64,000 bases of DNA from Squalus acanthias (taxonomy: Eukaryota), in contig CM059425.1 of assembly GCA_030390025.1 (NCBI GenBank), forward strand, positions 162,194,001 to 162,258,000, in the 5' to 3' direction. A program made the position numbers and the translations under genes. Within the stretch, counting starts at the first letter, position 1, and every line of letters begins with the position of its first letter. This document shows, piece after piece, positions 11,760 through 25,029 of this stretch. Under the pieces are notes generated by a model. It searched no databases and was not told where the DNA came from. It was given only the letters and a program-made list of their open reading frames with translations.

Positions 11760-12600
11760 GGGGAATTTTGCCAGCCCTGGGGAGGCAGGTATGGAGGTGG
11801 GACTGCCGGAAAAATGGCAGAAACTGGGAGCGGGTACCGAACCCGCTCCCAACCCACCTCCGTGCCCTCTTCCCGGGAGGCGGGTCCCCAAATCGCGCAG
11901 GGACCCGTCTCCTCGAGGCGGGAAGGGGATTACAGCCAATTAACTGCTTGTTAACAGGTAGTTAACAGGCAGTTAAGAGGCTTATCCCCATTTTACCCCT
12001 GCAAGTGCGGGCTTCCCGACGGCTGCGAACCTCGCCAGGGTCAGCGAGGCGAGCAGTGGGTCTGCGGGGTAAGAGGGATCGAAAAGTCTGCTGTGGAAGT
12101 GAGTGATGGGTGCAAGTGTGGAGAGGTAAGTATGAGAGGTGAGTGCAAAGTGTTAGAAAAAGTTTACTAACCGTTGCTTCTTTCTGCAGGCTTCAACCCT
12201 TGGGGATCTGGAGATGCCTCATCTCAACGGCAGAGATGACAGAATGGCTGCTGCACTCTCAGATGCAGCAGCCATCTGATTTCTGCTAAGGAAAGAGGTT
12301 TGGTGAGTCTTCAGTACAAGGGCTCACCTTAGAACAGAGATTGTCAGTGTTTGACAGCTTCTCAAAGCTGTCAAACACTGACAATTCATCTGTCAAAAAG
12401 TTTTGACAGATGAAACGTCATACGCGGACGTCCTCTGTCACCGGCTTTCCCTTAATTGGCCGGCTAAGCCCGCAGGGCGGGCTCAACAAGGTCAATCAAG
12501 GGAAAATAGAGTGGGTTGGCCGGACGTCGTTGGGGGCAGGACTGAAACCCGACAACCAGCAGTCCCGCCCCAACGCGCCCCTATTGACAAAATCCAGCCC
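11760..12600. mobile_element. Harbinger-like non-autonomous element
   Basis: Termini ggggaattttgcc / gacaaaatccagccc; GC-rich subtermini; TSD imperfect. Confidence 0.6.
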
Positions 12601-13379
12601 TATGTATCCAGAACTGTGTAATTTGTAGTTTTTGATTTATGTGCAATGATTCAAGGAAATGGTTCTATTTCTCTATTATTCTGTTGGGCCTGTAATAGAG
12701 TCTACAAGGATCTTGACAAGAATAGAGGATCCTAAGCCAATTAGAGAAGCAAGCGATAGTAATCAGATGAAGGTATTTTATTTTACCACAGAACGTACCA
12801 AAGACTATACTTACAGCAAGTAGCAAGTTGGTCGAGGTTACAACTTCATTTGAATTTATTCACTCTACTCACATTCCAACAAGAAGTTGGAGGGCATTGG
12901 ATGGTCAACAGTAATAAAAGACTAATGGTGTAATGAATATAGTCAACAGTATCACAATGCTTTTAACGTTACTTAACCTTTCACCATCAGGATATCTTAA
13001 CTTCCTCTTATGATAGCATGAAACGGTACCGACTGGAGGCTAATAATATATGTGAGGCTAGAATTACTGCATTATAATTGAAAGTAGTGTACATACACTT
13101 GTAAAAATAAATATGGAATAGGTTTTCTTTCTGAACTGTAACAGAAATGTATTTTTATTTTTGGATATAAATATATTATAATGGCTAGATGCAAGTTGCC
13201 CACAGATCACTGAAGTGTATTAACGCATTACTAAAGTCAATTTTCATACTGAACTGGCGTCACTGAATTTATTTTATTAATTTCTGCACTAACATTCAAT
13301 ACAACAGAAATTCTCAACATGCAATTTCTATTTACAGGTCTTTCTTAGAATTTGTTGTATTCATGCAATAGAGGATCAT

Positions 13380-13830
13380 CATTCATCAAGGCCTTGGAGA
13401 AAGTCCAGCAACAATTCACCAGGAGGATGCCGAAGACAAAGGAACTCAGCTAGTATAACAGACTAGGTAAATTTGGGTTATATTCCCTAGAGGCAAGAAG
13501 GTTAAGGGATGATCTGAGATGTTAAAACTCAGGTCCATAAATATAAGATAGTCACTAATAAATCCAATCGGGAATTCAGGAGAAGCTTCTTTATCAAAGT
13601 GTGGTGAGAATGTGGAACTCACTACATCTTATGTTCTTACATAAGCTGGTTGAGGCAAGTAGCACAGATGCATTTAAGGGGAAGCTAGATAAGTATATGA
13701 GGGAGAAAGGAATAAAAGGATATGTTAGATGAAGTAGGTTGGGAGGAGACTCATGTGGTGCATAAACACCAGCATGGACCTGTTGGGCCGAATGGCCTCT
13801 TTCTATGCTGTAAATTCTATGTAATGTAAT
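13380..13830 (+). mobile_element. Old CR1-like 3' fragments
   Basis: ALEKVQQQFTRRMP-like peptide; gggccgaatggcct...ctatgtaatgtaat tail. Confidence 0.7.
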
Positions 13831-14045
13831 AAAGGAATTGGCAGAGTAAAGAGGGAACAATTCTTCCTTCTAGTTCTACATTCCCCTACAAGGAGAAATA
13901 ATCTTAGAATATGAACTATGTTGGTTAAAAATAAATCCTGAAAAATGTTCTTCCCATAAATTGTTGTAAAAATGGGAATTTGACTGCCCTGGAAGGCCAT
14001 AAATGCAAAATCAACTGAGGTATTTAAAGGGAGATACTGTAGATA

Positions 14046-14400
14046 CAGGAAACTCTCTTTTAACCGGCACCCAAATAACCGGAAATCTCTCTTAACCGGC
14101 AAAATTCTTGAGTAGGTAACCGGGGTTTTCCTTCATCTCTCCTTTAAAAATAACTTTAAAAAAAACCCCGAGGCGTTTGCCTTGTATCGGAGCATGTAGA
14201 TTGGGAGGGGAATGTGCAGCCCGGGTAGGCAGCGGACACGACAGATGGTCAGCTGGCGGTCCCCGGGGAGACGGAGCTCCGAATGCAGGCTCATGTCAGT
14301 GTGTACGGGGTTCTCGTACGTTGGGAGATATAACTCTCCGTTATCCGGACTTTTTGATTAACCGGCACCACGCCGGTGCCGGTTAATGAAGAGTTTCCTG
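14046..14400. mobile_element. Tc1/mariner (pogo/Tigger-like) MITE
   Basis: TA-CAGGAAACTCT ... AGAGTTTCCTG-TA; subterminal taaccgg repeats. Confidence 0.85.
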
Positions 14401-15705
14401 TACTTACTTAGAAAATATGGGGATGGAGAAAAAGCAGGGAATTGGGATTAAAAGATAGAGCTGCTATGCCTAACAAAATGGTGGCGAATAGTTTTGCCTT
14501 AAGCAAAGTTGCCTAATTAAAAAAAAACTTTTCAAGTTGAAAAATAAGAGGTCATTATTTGTCTTGGGAGAGGAAGGTGTAATGAATGGGTTTGTACAAT
14601 GTACATAATTTCTTGATTATACAGTGGTCTTTAGGGCTGTTATTGGTGAGAAAATAGTTTCCACCAATTGATGTCAGCAGGGAATAGTTTTCATTGAGTG
14701 GAGTCAACATGGGGAATGATTTCCCTCATTTGCTATCTGCAACTGCAACATAAACATGTTCTTCATGCAGATATTAATGATTTTACTATAAATGGCAAAA
14801 GCAGAAATCTTTCTTGCAAGAAATACAGATTACTGTTGAGTAACTTCAAAATCCTAGATTTATGCTTACGCAAATCAAAAATGCTTCCTGTCCTTAAAGT
14901 AAATTGAAATTAAAATAAAATAAGTGCTGACTGCAGTTTCCAGATACTAATCAGGTTAGATTAGCAGCCTTGAATGTACAACATTAGCCTCAGCCTTTGA
15001 CTTCAGGCTTTATAAAGTCTTAAGTTGGTTCTCTAACCTTTGGGTTAATTGTTTTCTTTTTACTTGTCAGCCGCAGTCATTATTTGTTTAATCCTGAAGC
15101 ACTAATCACAGGATTTGTTATGGCAGGGTAATTGATTTTGATAGTGTAGTGTTGATGTATTTTTTTTATGTTGTAAACATAACACAACAGTTTAGTCCAT
15201 GAAAGACAATTTTATAGTTCCCTTGATCTAGTTTCTGTGACATGAATGGGAAGGCTAGTGGAACCAGCTGTTTCTAAGAGTACAGTATTAGTAGTGGAAC
15301 AGTAGATAGGGGTTGGTTGCCTGGTGAACAATGTTCCAGATGAGTAAAGCATGTTCGAGGCTTGTTGAACATCTGTGGAGGATTTGCTTGAAAGATCAGA
15401 TAGCGTCTGCTTATGCTAAGAAATGCTGTCTTAAGCATATGATTTTAGAGATTTCATCCTCGTGTTCAGTTAATAGTTATATTTCTTGATCTCTTGCCAG
15501 TTACAGCAAGTACTGTAATCCTTGCTGCTTGTGCACTTTGATTGGTGTATACATCTCACTGTCCTCCAGCAATTGAAATTTCAGGCATCGTATTTCCTAA
15601 TGTGATTTTCCCTAGGATGCTGTGTAGTTCAAATTTGCTTTTCATTATTTAAAGTTTGTTTGAAGAAAAGATATGACAGTTAGAAGTAACAGAATTAACT
15701 ATATA

Positions 15706-16099
15706 CAGGAAACTCTCGTTTAACCGGCACCTAAATATCCGGAATTCTCTCTTAACCGGCAAAAATCATACTCCGAAAACTCCTCTCAAATAACCGGCAA
15801 TGTTGCCGAGTCCGAGTCTCCCGCGAACGCCGAGTACTCCGAAAACTCCTCTCAAATAACCGGCAATGTTGCCGAGTCCGAGTCTCCCGCGAACGCCGAG
15901 TTAGTCAGTGGGGGTAGTTCTCCAAAGTGCCACTACTCGGCCTCCTGGCACTGTCGGAAGTCCGAACACGGCAGTAACAGGAGTCTGATTTTTGTTTGTT
16001 AAAAATAGCCTCGGTAGATATAACTCTCCGTTATCCGGAACTTTTGATCAACCGGCACCACGCCGGTCCCGTCGGTGCCGGATACCAAAGAGTTTCCTG
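15706..16099. mobile_element. Tc1/mariner (pogo/Tigger-like) MITE, same ends as 14046-14400
   Basis: TA TSD, identical TIR; exact 66-bp tandem duplication 15769-15834 / 15835-15900. Confidence 0.85.
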
Positions 16100-17569
16100 T
16101 AGTTTGCAGCATTTTCTCCACACATCCACAGGCTAATGAGGTTCCAATCTCCTGAAAGCTGTTCGAAAGCCTAGGTTTGCATCTTTTTCAGTTTATATTT
16201 GCTGCCCTTTTGTTGCTGTATAAAGCTCATTTTTATTAATGCACTGTGGGTTGCAACCATAAAATGCTGTTGGTTACAACCACACGTTTATCCATATGAA
16301 TACATTTTGATCTGGTTTGAAGTCAGGAGAAAATGGTGATTAAGTGTTTTTTCTATGTCATTCACATTTCTTCCGATTGCCATTAAGTATATATTGTTTA
16401 AAGAAAAATTCAGGCTGGTTGTCCATGCTGTATACTCAAGTTTAACTATGCCAGCTGATAGCAATCACCAAATTTTGAATGAAAGACTTTCCATTTTTTG
16501 TCTGAACTTGGCAAAAAATGTTTCTTCTGCAAGTTTGAATTTGTTTCTGCTGTTGCAATTATGTATGACAAATATGATTTTAGTAGGTTTTTTTTAAACA
16601 ATGGAAATATTATTTAATTTTGTATTACAGTTTTGTAATAAAATACGGGACTTGGATTAATACTAATGTGGAAATCGTGACTGCCAGGAGTTCCCTTACT
16701 ATATCAATATGTTTTAATTAGGTTTCTATTGCAAACTGAAATGTAAAAATAAAATCTAATGATACTAAAAAAAAATCTAATTTGTCAAGTGAAATCTGCT
16801 GATTTAATCAATTAATGAGAAAATATTTGTTGGTAGAATCTAGTATTATTTAGATAATGATTTCAAATCATTAAACTTCAAAAGAATCTACCTATGGCTA
16901 TGGAGGTAGGTATATTGTTTGAAAATTCTATCAATTACCAATTGACATCATTTCATAGTAGTGAAATGTTCACATTACTCAGCAAATACTGTGTCAATAT
17001 CACATATACAGCAACTAGTACAAATCAAAACTCTCATGTTGGGTGGAGTGAAGTGAATCCATAGTGCAAGGCATTGAGTGGCCATTTTTATTTAGTAGTA
17101 CTGTAACAGGAAATTATAAAAATTTAAATTCAATATTTAGTTTATCATGACAACCCTAATGTCTACAGTGTTTAACTGTGCTGATTTTATAATGGGGGTC
17201 CGTAAGCCAATTTTAGCACTTGGCTATCCTGTATCAAATCATTCTTTGGTCAGTTCTTTGTTCCTTGTTCCATCACAGAGCCACAGGCTGCGATTTCACT
17301 GAGCGAGGCGGGTCCGGGGCGGCGTCGCGGTCCCAGCCTGCTGCCTATTGCAGCCCGCACTCTCCAAGTGATTTTACATTAATAGGGCTTGTTAAGCCCG
17401 CCCTGCGAGGTTCCTGGCCAATAAAAAAGAAGCAGGTCTGATGACATCATTTGATGACACATCATCAGCCGGTTTCCTTAAAGGGATGACCATGGCCAAA
17501 ATTACTTTGACAGTTCTGCTGTCAGTGTTCTACAGCACTGAGGTGCTGCAAACACTGACAAGGACTGCA

Positions 17570-20500
17570 TTACACCATGGGAACAGTAGCGTAGTGGTAA
17601 TGTCACTGGGCTAGTAATCCAGAAGCCTAGACTAATGATCCAGAGACGTGAGTTCAAATCCCACCACGACAGCGAGGGAATTTAAATTCAGTTAATTAAA
17701 TAAATCTGGAATTTAAAAAAAATCTAGTATCAGTAATGGTAACCATGAAACTATTGGATTGTCGTAAAAACCCATCTGGTTCGCTAAAGTCCTTTAGGGA
17801 AGGAAATCTGCCGGCCTTACTTGGTCTGGCCTATATGTGACTCCAGACCCACAGCAATGTGGTTGACTCTTAATTGCCCTCTGAAATGGCCTAGCAAGTC
17901 ACTCAGTTTTAACTAACCGCTACAAAACATAATAAGAATGAAACCGGACGGACCACCCGGCATCGACCTCAGCACCGGCTACGGACACGGCAACGGCACA
18001 CCCAACCCAGTCAACACTGTAAAGTCCTCCTCACCAACATCTGGGGACTTGTGCCAAAATTGGGAGAGCTGTCCCACAGACCAGTCAAGCAACAGCCTGA
18101 CATAGTCATATTCACAGAATCATACCTTTCAGCCAATGTCCCAAACTCCTCCATCACCATCCCTGGGTGTATCCTGTCCCACCTGCACGACAGACCCACC
18201 ACGGGTGGCGGCACAGTGGAATACAGTCGGGAAGGAGTGGCCCTGGGAGTCCTCAACATTGACTCCGGACCCCATGAAGTCTCATGGCTTCAGGTCAAGC
18301 ATGGGCAAGGAAACCTCCTGCTGATTACCAACTACCGCCCTCCCTCAGCTGATGAATCAGTACTCCTTCATGTTGAAGCACTGAGAGTAGCAAGGGCACA
18401 GAATGTGCTCTGGGTGGGAGACTTCAATGTCCATCACCAAGAGTGGCTCGGTAGCACCACTACTGACCGAGTCCTGAAGGACATAACTGCCAGTCTGGGC
18501 CTGCGACAGGTGGTGAGAGAACCAACATGAGGGGAAAAACCTACTTGACCTCGTCCTCACCAATCTACCTATCGCAGATGCATCTGTCCATGACAGCATT
18601 GGTAGCAGTGACCACTGCACAGTCATTGTGGAGAAGAAGTCCCGTCTTCACAATGAGGACACCCTCCATCATGTTGTGTGGCACTACCACTGTGCTAAAT
18701 GAGATAGATTCAGAACAGATCTAGCAGCTCAAAACTGGGCATCCATGAGGCGCTGTGGGGCAGCAGCAGAACTGTATTCCACCACAATCTGTAACCTCAT
18801 GGCCCGGCATATCCCTCACTCTACCATTACCACCAAGCCAGGGGACCAACCTTGGTTCAATAAGGAGTGTAGAAGAGCATGCCAGGAACAGCACCAGGTG
18901 TACCTAAAAATGAGTTGTCAACCTGGGGAAGCTGCAACACAGGACTACATGCATGCTAAAAAGCGGAAGCAGCATGCTATAGACAGGGCTAAGCGATCCC
19001 ACAATCAACGGATCAGATCAAAGCTCTGCAGTCCTGCCGCATCCAGTCGTGAATGGTGCTAGACCATTAAACAACTAACGGGAGGAGGAGGAGGCTCCAT
19101 GAATATCCCCATCCTCAATGATGGTGGAGCCCAGTACGTGAGTGCAAAAGACAAGACTAAAGCGTTTGCAACCATCTTCAACAAAAGTGCCGAGTGGATG
19201 ATCGATATCGGCCTACTCCCAAGGTCCCCACCATCACAGAAGCCAGTCTTCAGCCAATCAGATTCACTACACGTGATCTCAAGAAACGGCTGAGCACACT
19301 GGATACAGCAAAGGCTATGGGCCCCGACAACATCCCGGCTATCGTGCTGAAGACTTGTGCTCCAGAACTAGCCACGCCTCTAGCCAAGCTGTTGCAGTAC
19401 AGCTACAACACTGGCATCTATCCAACAAAGTGGAAAACTGCCCAGGTATGTCCTGTCCACAAAAAAGCAGGACAAATCCAACCCGGCCAATTACCGCCCC
19501 ATCAGTCTACTCTCAATCATCAGCAAAGTGATGGAAGGTGTCATCAACAGCGCTATCAAGCGGCACTTACTCACCAATAACCTGCTCACTGATGCCCAGT
19601 TTGGGTTCCGCCAAGACCACTCGGCTCCCGACCTCATTAAAGCCTTGGTCCAAACATGGACAAAGGAGCTGAATTCCAAAGATGAGGTGAGAGTGACTGC
19701 CCTCGACATCAAGGCAGTATTTGACCGAGTGTGGCAGGAAGATGGTTGTGGTGATCATAGAATCATAGAAGATAGGAGTAGGATCATAGAAGATAGGAGT
19801 AGGCCATTCGGCCCCTCTAGCCTGCTCCGCCATTCAATGCGATCATGGCTGATCATCCAAATTCAGAACCCTGTCCCTGCTTTCTCCCCATATCCCTTGA
19901 TCCCTTTAGCCTTAAGAAATATATCCAACTCCTTCTTGAATCTATTTAATGAATTGGCCTCTACTGCCTTCTGTGGCAGAGAATTCCACAGGTTCACCAC
20001 TCTCTGGGTGAAGAAATTCCTCCTCATTTCTGTCCTAAATGGCTTACCCTTTATCCTTAGACTGTGACCCCTGGTTCTGGACTCCCCGACCATCGGGAAC
20101 ATCCTTCCTGCATCTAGTTTGTCCTGTCCTGTTTCAATGAGATCCCCTCTCATTCTTCTAAACTCCAGCGAGTATAAGCCCAATCGACCCAATCTCTCTT
20201 CATACGTCATTCCTGCCATCCCAGGTATCAGCCTTGTGAATCTTCGCTGAACTCCTTCCATGGCAAGAACATCCTTCCTCAGATAAGGCGACCAAAACTG
20301 CACACAATACTCAAGGTGTGGTCTCACAAAGGCCCTGTACAACTGCAGCAAGACATCCTTGTCCCTGTACTCAAACCCTCTCGCTATGAAGGCCAACATA
20401 CCATTTGCCTTCTTAACCGCCTGCTGCATCTGCATGCTTACCTTCAGCGACTGGTGCACAAGGACACCCAGGTCTCGTTACACTTCCCCTTTTCCCAATC

Positions 20501-21968
20501 TATTGCCATTCAGATAATAATCTGCCTTTCTGTTTTTGACACCAAAGTGGATAACCTCGCATTTATCAACGTTATATTGCATCTGCCACGCTTCTGCCCA
20601 ATCACCCAACCTGTCCAAATCATCCTGGAGTTTCTCGGCATCCTCCTCACAGCACACACGCCCACCCAGTTTTGTGTCGTCTGCAAACTTGGAGATATTA
20701 CATCTAGTTCCCTTGTCTAGATCATTAATATATATTGTGAATAGCTGGGGTCCAAGGACCGATCCCTGCGGTACCCCACTAGTCACTGCCTGCCACTCGG
20801 AAAAAGACCCGTTTATTCCAACTCTTTGCTTCCTGTCTGCCAACCAGTTCTCTATCCAAGTCAATACCTTGCCCCCAATCCCATGTGCCTTAACTTTACA
20901 CACTAATCTCTTATGCGGGACCTTATCAAAAGCCTTTTGGAAGTGATTGAAGGTCAATCATCACAGCCCCAGGAGTTCCTCAGGGCAGTGTCCTAGGCCC
21001 AACCATCTTCAGCTGCTTCATAAATGACCTTCCCTCCAACATAAGGTCAGAAATGGAGATGTTCACTGATGACTGCACAATGTTCAGCGCCATTCACAAC
21101 TCCTCAGATAATGAAGCAGTCCATGTCCGCATGCAACAAGACCTGGACGACGTTCAGGCTTGGGCTGATAAGTGGCAGGTAACATTCGCGCCACACAAGT
21201 GCCAGGCAATGACTATTTCCAACAAGCGAGAGTCTACCCACCTCCCCTTGACATTCAACAGCATTACCATCGCCGAATCCCCCACCATCAACATCCTGGG
21301 GGTCACCGTTGACCAGAAACTTAACTGGACCAGCCACATAAATATTGTGGCAACAAGAGCAGGTCAGAGGCTAGGAATTCTGCGGCGAGTGTCTCACCTC
21401 CTGACTCCCCAAAGCCTTTCCACCATCTACAAGGCACAAGTAAGGAGTGTGATGGAATACTCTCCACTTGCCTGGATGAGTGCAGCTGCAACAACACTCA
21501 AGAAGCTCGACACCATCCAGGACAAAGCAGCCCGTTTGATTGGCACCCCATCCATCACCTTAAACATTCACTCCCTCCACCACCGGTGTACCGTGGCTGC
21601 AGCGTGTACCATCTACAAGATGCACTGCAGCAACTCGCCAAGGCTTCTTCGGCAGCACCTCCCAAACCCGTGACCTCTTCCACCTAGAAGGACAAGGGCA
21701 GCAGGTGCATGGGAACACCACCACCTCCAAGTTCCCCTGCAAGTCACACACCATCCTGACTTGGAAGTATATCGCCGATCCTTCATCGTCGCTGGGTCAA
21801 AATCCTGGAACTCCCGACCTAACAGCACTGTGGGAGTACCTTCACCACATGGACTGCAGCGGTTCAAGAAGGCGGCTCACCACCACCTTCTCAAGGGCAA
21901 CTAGGGATGGGCAATAAATACTGGCCTTGCCAGCGACGCCTAGATCCCATAAGCGAATTTTTAAAAAA
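17570..21968 (+). mobile_element. CR1/L2-group LINE (APE endonuclease plus RT, disrupted) with tRNA-derived 5' head and no ORF1
   Basis: A box tagcgtagtgg and B box gagttcaaatcc at about 17587-17672; VLLTNIWGL..PDIVIFTESYL, WVGDFNVH, KAMGPDNIP, QFGFRQ, LDIKAVFDRVW, MFTDDC; 3' tail at about 21960. Confidence 0.88.
19756..20942 (-). mobile_element. Young CR1 3' fragment inserted in the LINE
   Basis: [10 protein letters not shown]...[11 protein letters not shown]...[14 protein letters not shown] duplication 19751-19755 / 20943-20947. Confidence 0.93.
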
Positions 21969-23865
21969 GGTGCACGGCTGCACCCAGGCTCTCCCAAAAC
22001 TCTCAGCATGCAGGGAGGTTCTCTTCCCTTCCCGGGGCGGAAGAGACCTCCCCAGGAGATTAATGCAGCCCGTTTGCACATTGCACAGGAGGGCAGAAGC
22101 AGGGATGTCGTCAGGCTGACCAGGCTGCAGTGGCGCAAGCCTTTCAATGATCTCAGTAGATCACAAAACATTACTGCAAAGTCACACTCAACCTCATCCT
22201 GCTGTGGCACTCATCACATCCCCATCACTTTGCCTTCCCTACCCTACTCCTGCACATCTTTACTCACACCAACTTACCTTGCACCTCCACCCATCCTTCT
22301 CCATCTACATTATCACTTCCCCATTTCACTAGCCACCCCTCACACTCACCCTCATCCTACTGCAAGCATACCAACAAACAACACACAAGGGTAGACACTT
22401 GGGCGGGCAGCAATGTGGTCGGGTGCTGATGCCGTGTCGTGTGCAACATCAGTTGATTGCGGAGAAGGCTGGAGTTGTTGTTGTTGGTGCTGATGTGCCC
22501 GGTGATGCTGCTGTTGGCGCTGATCTTGGTGGGATTCTGAGGACCAAGGTGAGATATTTTCAAGGGCAACGATGCTGATGGAATAGATGGCAGGTGAGGT
22601 TGAGATGACAGAGCGATCTGTCAATGGTGAGAGAGGTTGTTCCGATGAGGTGGCACTGGATAGAGAGTTGGCTCCAAACACGTGTAAGCTGCAGAAAGCT
22701 CAATATGTCTTCCAAATGCAGTAACCAAGTTTCTGAGCTTTGAAAGTGAACAGCTGTAACATGGGATCTTTTATACAATTTTGGCAGCTGTCAGGTCATG
22801 AGATAATTCAATGCTGAATCCACTTACGACATGCTGAGCTGACGTGTTCCCCAAGCAGCGGGTAACCCATGGGGGAGCATGTAAAATTGAAACGTAAGGA
22901 TAAAATAACACTTAATTAGATGTTAACAATCCATTTAATGATGTCAATTGCCTCCCCCGCCGTTTGGTGTCGGGTCCACTCAGCGCTGACAGACCCGACA
23001 CCTGGGAGACGCGCGTGAACGTGGGTTGAGAGCGGCTTCCCTACCCGGTCAATCTTTTCTATTTTGACAGCGGACCCGCCTCCAAGCCCGCCGGCAAAAT
23101 CCAGCCCAGAATCTCCAGGTATTTGAGTCAGACTGTGCAAAATACATAATATGTTACTATAATAAAGAGAAATCTGAAGACTCCTTGATTATTTTGTATG
23201 TCATTACCACCTTTGGAAACACAAAATCCTGAGTTGGTGGTTTCTTTTATCTCGTGATTGTCTTTTTTCCTTGATTCTTTTCATGGACTGGCAATTGAGA
23301 AGAAAAATAATGTAACCATGGCATGCTTCCCAAAGCTATTTGTGGTGTAGTTCCCAAAGCTATTTCTAAATAACCATGGCATGTTCCCTGAAGCTACCTA
23401 GTAACTATGCGGTGTTGTGTCTCTGACGCCATCTCCATGTAATCACACCAGGTCAGGTTCCCTGAAGTTATCTCTACGCTGCTGTGCTGGGTTGCGTTCC
23501 CTGAAGCTACCCCATTATCAGTAACAAGTAGCATCATCTGAAAGAATTTAGCTCCATCTTTCTCTGGAAAATGATTCATTACATTCATTATAACAGTTGA
23601 ATTACATATTTTCTCAATATGTTAATTATTGCCTAGAATAACCAAATACATTAATGCTGTGTAAAGTTATTTGTTAAAATACTTTAATTTTTGTTCCTTT
23701 TAAGGACATGCACAACTCTGAACCTACTCGCTGTACCACTCTGAAATTCAAACTGTTCTAAATTTTTTCAAATATTGCGCTTAGAATGGGGAACTGTTTT
23801 AGTGAATTAGGGCCTGCTAACCAGTCAAATAGAAAGCCAGGAATTCAAAACCTACTAATGTTACA

Positions 23866-25027
23866 AAAGCAAAATACTGCAGATGCTGGAAATCTGAAAT
23901 AAAACCAGAAAATGCTGGAAATACTCAGCAGGTCAGGCAGCATCTGTAGAGAGAGAAACAGAGTTAACGTTTCAGGTCGATGACCCTTCGTCAGAACTGG
24001 AAAAAGTTAGAGATGTAACAGATTTTTAAGCAAGTGTAGGGGCAGGGATAGGGAGGAGGGGAGGAAAGAACAAAAGGGAAGGTCTGTGATAGGATGGAAG
24101 GCAGGAGAGATTAAAAGACAAAAGGGATGATGGTGCAAGGCAAAAGGAGATGGTAATAGGACAAGTTAAGAAACAAAAGATGACTCTAGATGAGGTGTAA
24201 ATGGCAATGGCAGAATCATCAACAGCTGCCATGTGAGAGAAAAAAATTAGAAAAATTTAAAATAAATAAATAGGGGCCGAGGTTATAGTCTGAAATTGTT
24301 AAACTTGATGTTGAGTCCAGAAGGCAGTAAAGTGCCTAATCGAAAGGTGCTGTTCCTCGAGCTTACGTTGAGCTTCATTGGAACAGTGCAAGAGGCCGAG
24401 GACGGAGAGATCAGAGTGGGACTGGAGCGGAGAATTAAAGTGACAGGTGACTGGAAGCTCGAGGTCACACTTACGAACTGAACGGAGGTGTTCCGCAAAG
24501 CGGTCACCCAATCTGCATTTGGTCTCCCCAATGTAGAGGAGACCGCATCGTGAGCAGCGAATACAGTATACTAAATTGCAAGAAGTACAAGTAAATCGCT
24601 GTTTCACCTGGAAGGAGTGTTTGGGGCCCTGGACAATGGGAAGGGAGGAGGTAAAAGGGCAGGTGTTGCATCTCCTGCGCTTGCACAGGAAGGTGCCGTG
24701 GGAAGGGGAAGGGGTGATAGAGGAGTGGACCAGGGTGTCGCGCAGGGAGCGGTCCCTTCGGAATGCTGAAAGGGGAGGTGAGGGGAAGATGTGTTTGGTG
24801 GTGGGATCACGCTGGAGGTGGCGGAAATGGCGGAGGATGATCCGTTGAATGTGGAGGCTAGTGGGGTGAAAGGTGAGGACAAAGGGAATCCTATCGTGGT
24901 TCTGGGAGGGAGGGGAAGGGGTGAGAGCAGAAGTGCGGGAAATAGAACAGACACGGTCAAGGACCATGTCAACCACGGTAGAGGGGAATCCTTGGTTGAG
25001 GAAAAAGGAAGATATTTTGGAAGCACT
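23866..25027 (-). mobile_element. Penelope-like element 3' fragment (GIY-YIG), same family as 8562-10667
   Basis: ORF 24299-24976 NLVYCIRCSRCGLLYIGET; 3' end with hammerhead. Confidence 0.9.
23962..23998 (-). ncRNA. Minimal hammerhead ribozyme
   Basis: AGUU-CUGACGA-A-GGGUC-AUC-GACCU-GAA-ACGU-U-AACU. Confidence 0.78.
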
Positions 25028-25029
25028 AG

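Larger units (their letters stand above)
17286..23107 (+). mobile_element. Harbinger-derived element with Myb-like remnant, split by a LINE insertion
   Basis: Termini ggctgcgattt / aaaatccagccc; CTAAPRLS...REVLFP...QWRKPFNDL remnant resumes at about 21969. Confidence 0.6.

Noticed and set aside
23108..23140. Minus-strand peptide LHSLTQIPGDS, reminiscent of the KIAA0825 N-terminus
   Set aside because: Similarity does not continue across the Harbinger insertion (stop codon soon after rejoining at 17285); likely chance.
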